Assembly (NCBI GenBank): GCA_000934665.2
Contig: JYFJ02002138.1
Coordinates: 1-62,722, forward strand
DNA: 62,722 bases
Origin: Catajapyx aquilonaris
Taxonomy: Eukaryota
Direction: 5' to 3'
Part shown: positions 53,577-62,722 of the stretch, in pieces
How positions within the stretch are numbered: the first letter of the stretch is position 1
Layout: the number at the start of each line of letters is the position of its first letter
The notes under the pieces: generated by a model
The model's input: the letters and a program-made list of their open reading frames with translations, nothing else
Database searches by the model: none
What the model was told of the DNA's origin: nothing
Program-made: the position numbers and the translations under genes

Positions 53577-54718
53577 ACATGTCAATATATTATTTAAAGT
53601 GACTGGGAGGTCGCTAAATATTTGACAAGGGTAGCGTTTTGGAAGCAAATTTTAACATTTTGCTTCGTAACCTTTACACTTTTTTGCTACGTGGCATGGA
53701 CATCAATGGGATATATAGAAATATTTTCATTAGCTTTATCGCATTATTTCACCTGTACCGCTATGTATAACAATACATCACTGTTAAAAGGTATTATGCA
53801 CTGTGACCTTTGACCTTTATTTTATAATGTGAAAATTTTGAATGCAGGATGGGAGCTCCATGGGCTGCTGAGAAAATCCTTTTCAGAGGCCAGATTTGTG
53901 TACACGTTTGGATGAATCCACACAAAGCGGATCACTACTGAAAACTACTTGTCGATCGAAAATCCTCAGATTTTGATGAAATTTTGCACATTATAAGTTG
54001 TCATGGAGATGTAATGGTGATTACATTTCAATATAACAACTCGTGCATGCCTGAGAGGCAAAAATAATTGACCCGCGAGCAAGTAGGCCTATAGTAGTCT
54101 TTGTAACTATAGTAGTTAAGTGGTTACATCAACTAATGAATTAACTTACATTATTATGGATAATATTTATTGTTTCAAATGCCAAAATATGTCTTGTGGT
54201 AGGTCCCACATCTTTGACCTCACTTGCTTCAAGTAGGCTACCTTACTTATTAACATCTTTATTATAACACACACAAAGGTAGCTAATGCTAAGATGATTT
54301 TGATATAAGAATCAGGGTGGGGTCATGACGTACATCAGCAAGTGGACTTGTGAATGGAGCAAATGACACGTTTTATAATAATGTGTCTACACAATCATTT
54401 TAACCACAGTTTCTCAGCGTGCAATAAGGATCCCATGCTGTCTCATATATCAAAATGTACATTATTTTTATCGTGCATATTATGATAAAAATGTGGAAAA
54501 AGTACTCTTAAAAATTAGGTCAAAAGCCACAGGACCTCCCACACGACGTAACATCTTCTGACATTACTTTTTAAAACTAGATTTATCCTTCATAATAAGA
54601 TTTTTAAATGTGGCTGATAGAGCTTCTCAACGAGGCCGTTTATGGCCACATGTCATAAAAATAAATTTACGACGCAAAATGTTGCATAATACAAGTAGGC
54701 TACTATGACTGCTCCGAG

Positions 54719-54742
54719 AGTCCAAAGTCCAAAGTCCAAAGT
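54719..54742. repeat. 7-bp tandem repeat (AGTCCAA)x3
   Basis: AGTCCAAAGTCCAAAGTCCAAAGT. Confidence 0.85.
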
Positions 54743-55062
54743 ATTATGAGTTTTAATGATTTCCCACGCATGTGCGAGTTTTTCTGGCGGTTAAAATACA
54801 TATAATTTGGCGACGCATTTTTACATCTCCATGTAAAATTGTACACAAAATTTCATATTTTAGTCAGTGAATGGTTTTAATGATCATGACCATAAACGAT
54901 GGTATTGAAGTAGTAAACTATGTGTTTGTAACTCCACAACGCCTTGCCGTGGAAACTACGGTACAAATTCATCGCAATCTTCACTTGAACTGAGGATGGG
55001 TCAAAAACCTTTTACATGGCCAGTTTCACGTGATGGAATGACCACATTGAATACCGGTGTGA

Positions 55063-55224
55063 AGGTGTGTTTACATGTGAGCGATTTGACGAGCGAAATC
55101 TTCGCCGAGGCTGAAATTAACAATCGATTTTCGCCTCAAACAATATTGGTTACTTGGGTTACTCACCCTCGGCGAAGATTTCGCTCTGCTTCGCTCGTCA
55201 AATCGCTCACACGTAAACGCACCT
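55063..55224. mobile_element. PIF/Harbinger-type MITE
   Basis: TIRs of ~35 bp: AGGTGTGTTTACATGTGAGCGATTTGACGAGCGAA / TTCGCTCGTCAAATCGCTCACACGTAAACGCACCT. There is an inner inverted repeat GAAATCTTCGCCGAGG and a 3-bp TSD TGA (55060-55062, 55225-55227). Confidence 0.88.
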
Positions 55225-55345
55225 TGACATACCGTATATTTATGCTGGGACTTCTATTTTGTTAGCGTTGCACCATAGTTTTGTGTGTAAACTGTAAAGT
55301 ATCTCTATAGTCAGTCATGAAGAAGATTGTCTCTCTTTACCAGGA

Positions 55346-55502
55346 TATATTTATTCATTCATTTATTTATTGAAGATTTTTTATTTATTTATTTTAGTAT
55401 TTATTCATTCATTTATTTATTGAAGATTTTTATTTATTGAAGTAACTTATTTATTCATTCATTTATTTTAGTATTTATTTATTTATTTTAGTATTTATTT
55501 AT
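55346..55502. repeat. AT-rich degenerate tandem repeat (TTTA/TTCA units)
   Basis: TATTTATTCATTCATTTATTTATTGAAGATTTT is repeated with variants. Confidence 0.85.
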
Positions 55503-55818
55503 ATGTTACCTTGTATTAGGACTTTGCCCTTGTGGAGGGATTTTTACACATATTTATGCTGATGACTTGAAACCCTTTGTGATTTTCTTCCTGTGTAAAG
55601 TTGTAACTGTATAAGGAGCGGTCTTTAACTTTTTTTGTTGTTCTGGAACCCTTTTGTCTCTTTACCGGAACCCCCACAATAAAACCCCGTGGCATTTTTT
55701 TCGAACATTACTAACTTGTCTAATACGTGCACTTGAGCGGCTCTTGAGTTAAAGCTCGATGATTCACTTTCATGACTGTGCTGTTGCTTATTTGACGGTA
55801 ATCACTTGTTAACACTTT

Positions 55819-55872
55819 CCTTGCGTGAGAATAATGGAATTGCAAATGCGATTCCATTATTCTCACGCAAGG
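55819..55872. repeat. Perfect 22-bp inverted repeat (hairpin)
   Basis: CCTTGCGTGAGAATAATGGAAT-TGCAAATGCG-ATTCCATTATTCTCACGCAAGG. Confidence 0.95.
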
Positions 55873-56928
55873 TGTAGATTTTGGAATACGTATTTTTCTA
55901 ACTAACAAATTAGACATGGCCCTAAATATCTTCGCGGAACCATTTGGACAAAGAATACCTTACAGTTATCCATTATGACGTGTCACTATATTTTTATGGA
56001 CATGTTTTCATCTCTGCATTTTTAAAGTTTGTTTAAAAGACTGGTGATGTTTTTAGCCAAGTTACGAAGACCTCCATGACCCAATGAGACTGCACTGACT
56101 CTAGTGCAATTGGATCACTTTCCATAATCTTCACACAGTATTTTAACAATGTTTCTAAATTTTAGATCTGGCTATGTTGAATTCATATCGATTGGGCAGC
56201 CATCAATAATTCTTCTATTGCGAAAAAAAGCCAGCATCATTGGCGATATACAGTAGGCCAATGAAAAAACCACTGGTCTAATTTACACGTATACTTCACT
56301 TCCACATCAAAGAACCCAAGTTTTCTCACCCATCTCGACTACACACCGCAAGCTACGGCCGCTGGTTTCCGTTTGCTGTCTTCGGAACTACAGTACAATA
56401 AATTTCCCACAGCCTTTGTAATGAGCGCGGTTGGGTATTGGTAACCAGCGCCCTGCGGGATATGGCAGAACTAACTACTGTATATCATGTGGTTGTGGTG
56501 GCCACCCAACTTCAAATGGCATCTTTATTACTTCCCGATCAATTCTTGGAACCGCGATATCCCCTCCCTCTCAAAGACCACACAACATATAGTATGTTTA
56601 CTGGGTTATGTCGTCAGACAACATCTTCGCTGCACATGTGTCGTTTTTTTCTTCCTATTTTTTGCTCTTCATGTACCGAAATAGTACGTATGTTTTCGAA
56701 TGAGGTCATAATCAGAGCCAGGGTATATGAAAAAAGGTGGACTAAAAAATGAGGTTGGGTAAGGGTTAGGTGACATTATTTCACAAGCACTTGGCTCATC
56801 CTATCAGCTCGAAGCGCAGGCACTCGTGCATATATTTACCAGAGAGTAATGGGTGTGAAATAACGACTGAATATTTATTAATGGAACACGTGCGGTTGAA
56901 GAGCGAGAGCAGAATTCCCATTACTCAC

Positions 56929-57335
56929 GGAGTACTTGAGATACGTCCTTATTTAAAACCGGTGGTTTGTGTTCGCTTGCATCCGTGGATATTGCAACAC
57001 CCCTTCCAAGTTCTCGGGTTTCGCTGCCTCCTTTTGGACTTGTTGCAGCGAAGCAAATTAAGGATTTGTTCCGCCATGTGCAAAACGTCTGGAGAAACTT
57101 CCGTCTGAATCGTCACAAGCAGCTCGGAAAGGCAAGAAATCATCTTTCCAAGTGATATTGTCCGACAAGGCATTATTTTGCATAGCTGAGCAAAGTGTGG
57201 CGTTCAAGACGAAAAAAGAATCGACACTTTCTCATAAAATCAGCCCTATACAGAACGAAATTTCCTTTGTTGTGCAGGACAGAGAAAGTTGCCGACAAGA
57301 AATTGGACGGATGCGATTCATGTTCACGAAACTGA
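56929..57335 (-). promoter_or_regulatory. Candidate TSS and first exon of a minus-strand transcript
   Basis: An initiator-like TCAGTT lies at 57335-57330, just downstream of tandem E-boxes (CAGCTG, CACCTG). A donor CC|GTGAGT follows ~400 nt later at 56928. There is no TATA box or DPE. Confidence 0.25.
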
Positions 57336-58970
57336 CGGCAGGTGTCAGCTGCAACTGCTTCAGTAGAATATTCCTCAAACCAGACAATGTACCGGTATTG
57401 CACATTTTTAGCAGATTATCAACTTGGGATGTTTAGCCACAGTGATGTCATAATGTTGCAATAAAAATACTGCATGTGAGAATATTGAAGGTCAGGTTGT
57501 AATTCCAAAGCAAATTAGTACATAAATCTCCGATTATGCATAGGTAAACACATTATAAAATTTGAGATTTCCTTCCTTCAATTGTATGATATACAACCGC
57601 GCCGAAGTTCTAAATAGAGAATTGCCTCTATTCCTTTCTATGAGTGGTCCAAAGCGGAATCCCGTGTCCCATCCTCTTTGGCCCAGGGGTGGCTCGCGAC
57701 TATCCTCCGTGGAAAACCGCAAGACAGACATTTTACGGCCCAATTACGCGAACTTTAACCGATCTCTCTGCCTGAAATTGTGTTGGACATGTTCTTACGT
57801 GCCGTGGCACCACTATGACAAGGAGGTCCAACCTTGACCCCAAAGTTCCCCCCCCCCCCCCCGNGGACGTCATGTGACCTGGGGTCACAACAGCATTGAA
57901 GATAGGCCGATCAAGTGGATTTGCTCACTTGACAGTTAAGTGGGCTCTACAGGTATTTTCAGATTATCCCCACTAGCACAACCCACTGGAGTGTTAATAT
58001 CTTGGTGGAAAAGTAACCTTGCCAAATATGATCTCAAATAGCCTTAAAAGTGGTCGGAATCTGCTGCGATCATTCACAATTTGTCTGGAATCCACACAGA
58101 AAAACAGGTTGTAAAAGACGTGGTAATTCGAAACACCGACACCACATGTTCGGAGGATAAAATCTCGCCTCTAGGCCTACTCAGAAAATGGGTGGAATTT
58201 TGGATATTTTTTGTTTAGTCGATATTTCATTGCAGACGTGACAAAATATGAACTTGTACAATATTTTTTTGCTTTTAGCAGCTATTTCGTGCGTATAAAA
58301 TCCCGGAATTTGTTACATTTTGAGGCCTCGGCATGGCTTTACAGTACAGTACCTCGTTATAAAACCCTCTCTGTGGTGTTCCTTTATATACTGCTGCGCG
58401 ATGAAAGAGATTCTAAAATTTTATTTGAATCCGAGACCTTCCGGATTTGTTAAATTTTTGTAATAATTCTGATAGTGCTGTTACCCCTATGGCATAATTA
58501 TATTCCACGGATATTTATTGATGTTTACATTAGGAACCTTTTTGGGTAACGCCAGAGCCTTTTGTTTAAATGGATGCATCCATAACTGAGTGCAAAATGA
58601 TGGTCGGAAAGACGCAGTGTTGCCATGCATTTGAGAGAAGGTACCCAGGAAATTATCATAAGTAAGCAAACATCCCAGCGCAGCGTCTCGCCGAGACCCT
58701 ATAGTCGCCCTCAGTTATATAGCTCGGTGGGTGATCCGAAGTGGGGGGATTCATGCAGCGGTGGAATAATGAATCTGAATTTTGATTATGGCAAGGATAT
58801 AGCATATCCTGTTATCAATAGCGAGATTGATATGGGATAATATAATGTAGGACATTTAATCTTCATCCTTAGGTCAAGTGGCACCAGCCCCAGAAAACAC
58901 ACAATTGGAAAATAGATAAAAGAGTTTGTTAAGTACAATTAATAAAATATTTCTAAAAGCCTGCAGAATA

Positions 58971-59194
58971 CAGGGTGTTCCAAATTCGTGGGTCGTTTTT
59001 TATAATTATAACTGATATCGCTCGATAGTAGTTATTTTGTGTAGCTGGTTCAGGTTCCCCATTACTCACAGGGGGTCGAATATAATAGTTGCTATAGAAT
59101 GGCACCTGATTTAATAGGGGCACAAGCTACAAAAATAACTACTAATGGGCGATATCAGTTATTTAAAAAACGACCCACGAATTTGGAACAACTG
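58971..59194. mobile_element. Tc1/mariner-type MITE
   Basis: Long TIRs: TA|CAGGGTGTTCCAAATTCGTGGGTCGTTTTTT...AACTGATATCGC...TAGTAGTTATTTT versus AAAATAACTACTA...GCGATATCAGTT...AAAAAACGACCCACGAATTTGGAACAACTG. Confidence 0.88.
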
Positions 59195-59457
59195 AAAATA
59201 ATGTCCGTCAAAATGTCAGTAGTATATTTTATACATTTTTATTATTATTTTTCTACCCCTTGCTCAGGTATATCTGGACCTGTTTTGAGGGACACATACT
59301 TGTATACACCAAGTTTCTATTATATCATTAATAAGTTTTACATTTATATGTTCTTCTTAACTCCTGGTTTTGTCCTGGTTAGTATATTGAAACTTTTATC
59401 ATTTTATTTACATTTTGACAAAAGTGTCAGTAGTAGTTAATGTCATTTCGACCCTAA

Positions 59458-59540
59458 GGTCCGGTTGCACCGGCTCCAGAAAAATTTGTCAGACGATACA
59501 CTTATCTGACAAATTTTTCGGGAACTGGTGCAAACGGACC
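59458..59540. mobile_element. 83-bp PIF/Harbinger-type fold-back MITE
   Basis: TIRs GGTCCGGTTGCACC / GGTGCAAACGGACC, inner inverted repeat GAAAAATTTGTCAGA / TCTGACAAATTTTTC, and TSD TAA (59455-59457, 59541-59543). Confidence 0.9.
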
Positions 59541-59585
59541 TAAGCTGTTTATCTTCAAGCAGCTACTTTAGATTCGTCACTTTGA

Positions 59586-59737
59586 GGTCAGGTTGCACCG
59601 CCGCCGCTAGAAAACATTTACAGCATGGAAAATAGGCAGAGAAGTGTGTTATTGATGTTGTCAATAATAATTAATAACAAGCTTTCCTGGCTCCTTAGTA
59701 GCCGGAAAATGTTTCCTGGAGGCTATTTAACCGGACC
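59586..59737. mobile_element. Degenerate MITE related to 59458-59540
   Basis: Ends are GGTCAGGTTGCACC ... TTTAACCGGACC, with an inner GAAAACATTT / AAATGTTTCC inverted pair. Confidence 0.55.
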
Positions 59738-59827
59738 GTAGTAGTTCAGTTTCAGTAGGCCTATGATATGAGCCTTTCCTTGATTACCACTATTTAGTAT
59801 GTCTTATTAATGAACAAAATAAAAATA

Positions 59828-60876
59828 CCGTAAGTGGGGGTGACTTTGGGACAGTTTTTGAGGTTTTTCATATCAGCAGAAACGGTTTAATGTTTTTCCA
59901 TTAAACGTTTTGCTGATAATTGTACCCTCATCCTTCCTCTACATATCCGTGTGCAGATCATCTCGCTAACTTGATCAGTTACAAAAATATTCACATTTAC
60001 ATTTTAGAGTGTTCATTTCCTTAAAGTCAAACATGATGAACAGGATATATAACAAAGTAACCCCACGAACTCTTTATTTTAGACAAATTTTCGCCTTTAC
60101 AATGATATAGGCCCTACGGTATTATTTTTATAAAATTTATTATTATTTGAAGGGCTCATTGCCAAACATGACTAACCATCACAGGTTAATGTCGAGAAAA
60201 TGTTGATTAGATGTTGATGAGAGCTTTCCACAAATCAAGAATGTAGCAGCAAGAATTCCAATCATTACGAGTCATGTTTGCCGGCAGAATTTTTTTTTAC
60301 AATGAAATATTATGGAAAGCATTTGATCATTTTTTGGCCTTTTAGTTCAGGTACAATGTCCTCGGCGCCCGGCTGATTTCTTTGGATTTTCATTTGGATG
60401 TGTATAATTTAGAGTGGTACAGTACCCTAAAGGACCGGACCATATAGGTCAAAACAGTAAATAATATTCGTGAACTGACTTTGTGACAAGTTGCTTCTGT
60501 CACAAAGTCACGCAGCAAAAGTACGAAATTCATTTAACACCCTCGTATCTTCTACAAAACAAGTTCAAACTTGCATCAAGTTATATAATTTCATAACGAT
60601 TGAATTTGTCCTCAAAATACATGTTTTACTCTCTTCTCAACTATGCCGGTAGCTATTAGGAAAAGTAGTCGGAATAAGTGCCAATAAACTCGCAATTTCC
60701 AAACTTGTAATGTGACTGCCAATAATGCTCGAAGTGTAGGGGCTTTCCAAGTTGGCTACTAGGTAGCACAACATATACGTAGCCATTTACTGGGGCTGGT
60801 TGCAGTCAAAAAGATCAAATAATAGTGGCGCGAGATTCGAAAAACGGGTTTGTCACAAAGTCACCCCGCATGTTAC
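59828..60876. mobile_element. Non-autonomous DNA transposon (pogo/Tc1-like termini), possibly composite
   Basis: The left end is TA|CCGTAAGTGGGGGTGACTTTGGGACA and the right end is TGTCACAAAGTCACCCCGCATGTTAC. The same TGACTTTG motif recurs internally at ~60052 and as an inverted pair at 60476-60510. Confidence 0.6.
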
Positions 60877-61257
60877 AACATGTAAGGCAAATAATATAAT
60901 AAGCTGTAATCCACATCCTGTATTCACTCACACTCAGAACTAACCTTTTTTCCATTGCATTGTTGTGGTCATCCATAATCACGTTGAATATTAAAATTTC
61001 TAATGCTCTGAAAGGCCTAAATCTGGAACTGGATGTAAAGTGCTGTTTTCCATAACTTGTCAGTACTGACCTCCTCAGTTCATCACCTCCTGACCCCGCA
61101 GGGTTATTCATTGTGGTTGTGGCCCAAGAAAAACCTGGTTGCAGACAACCTGTTTATTCGAAGAGGCCTCGACTGGCGCTCCCTTTAAACTAGTTTACAC
61201 AGCCTGCAGCGGTATCGCAAACTACAGAGTATAGGAAATGTCATACTATATAATAAT

Positions 61258-61955
61258 TAGAGTCCGGATTTCTTTGGCACGAAAAACCCCTCAAATAGGC
61301 ACTTAAATAGGCACGAAAAAACCTCAAATCGGAACAAAAAGTTTACTTTTTTGGGCATATGGAGGATAATGTTACAGAAAATAAAAAAGCCAGAATAATT
61401 TTGTAGGCCTAAAGTATAAAATTAATATAAGGTCACAAACGATAGCAAAAACCGAATAACAACGATAAACTCACAGAAAATCACAAAACTTGGGCAAAAG
61501 ACACAAAGTGCAAGCAAGTGCTCTGGACTCTACCCAGTTGCACCAGACTTGCACAATATGTTGCCAAATATTTTTCCAATTAGAGGAAAATTTAGACACA
61601 TATTTGGATACGTGTCACGGAAACATGATTCGTATTACTTCTGAACGATTTTGGTCCTTCAGGAGCACAAAAAATACTCTTCAAAAAACCAAACATGCCC
61701 CTGAAGGAATAGGCCCGGAATAGGCCCAAAAAGTCCCGAAACTACTGAAAAAAGTTCAAAAACTATCCCAGAAAATGCCAAATAGGCATGAAAAGTATCA
61801 AAAAGGCGGAATAGGCAAAAATTATATAGTTCCTGAAACCACGAAATAGGCCATTTTAGGCACTATAAAACCTACATTTTCTACGTCTTGAACTTATAAA
61901 ACTGATAGATCTTCACAAAACAATCCCAACTGCTAAGCTAAAAATCCGGACTCTG
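61258..61955. mobile_element. hAT-like non-autonomous element with AATAGGC subterminal repeats
   Basis: TIRs TAGAGTCCGGATTT / AAATCCGGACTCTG, imperfect 8-bp flanks ATAATAAT / GTTATAAT, and about seven AATAGGC copies clustered near both ends. Confidence 0.8.
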
Positions 61956-62722
61956 GTTATAATGTTAGTAATTATGGATGCATGAAGACCGCAGGCTGTC
62001 ACTTGAAAGGGCAAAAACATTCGACTGGCGTAATACTATGCATGGTATTCATATTGTTCTTCAGTTTGTAGGCCTGCACCAATATCGCAAATTTTTGGCA
62101 ATAGACTATAGGCTATTATGCAGTTATCATCACACAACTCTAAAGTGTATAAACAACTTTGCCATAAGCTTCGAAAGACTGCTCAGATCAGTTTTGTAAA
62201 ATATATGCTCTCTCGTGCTCACCTCTGCCGTCTAACAGTGAAATTTTTAGGTAGTTATATACCATTGTAAATCAAGTTGTTTTTTGCGCTCTCCAACGAG
62301 TTCAAACTCGTTGGATAGTTCTCAAGATTGATACATTTGTCCCTGTAAGCAATTGTCTTGGGACTTTTGGTATATTTGAAAGTTCCGAGGTACAGAAGAA
62401 TGGAATTGGGCGTGTGCAAGATTTCCAGCAATAAAACATGATCTGGCTTTTGTGGCATCCGGTGGTTAAAGCACTAGTTCTAACTCATTCTTTGGACTCA
62501 ACATTGTAATTTCAATAATCACCTCATTATGAGAATCCCAGTGAATTGTAAAAATTAACTAAATTTACATTAGTTGCTAAAACACACTCCCTAAATCTGG
62601 TTTTATGTAAAATGGCCAAGCTCTTCCCTTACCGAAATTTTCTCTACCTCGCGGCGAGGTCGTCAGACGAGCTTATGGCCACCCAACCGCATACTAGCGG
62701 TTGTTTCATTTCGCTATGTCGC

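Noticed and set aside
55824..55867. Su(H) paired site (SPS)
   Set aside because: The two inverted sites are ~28 bp apart, not the canonical 15-17, and are explained by the palindrome.

Overview
This 62.7 kb window is eukaryotic, most likely invertebrate-animal, and almost entirely non-coding. It reads as a gene desert or a very long intron. None of the supplied ORFs is a recognisable protein, and I see no prokaryotic operons, rRNA, true tRNA or CRISPR array. GC-richer blocks of about 0.5-3 kb, often with long G/C homopolymers, alternate with AT-rich spacers. The spacers hold most of the recognisable repeats: three full-length tRNA-derived SINEs and two SINE remnants, several MITEs (hAT, Tc1/mariner and PIF/Harbinger types, some with clear TSDs), a (CT)n microsatellite and a 28-bp tandem array. 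Three signals stand out. (1) The three divergent SINEs share a 3' motif and a central hairpin whose stem sequences differ while pairing is kept. (2) A candidate two-exon gene encodes signal peptide / C-X19-C / KR and sits in a GC-rich, transposon-like patch. (3) Two acceptor-fused-to-donor (recursive-splice-like) sites are present. All gene calls are tentative. No database search was run, and the organism cannot be named from the sequence alone.
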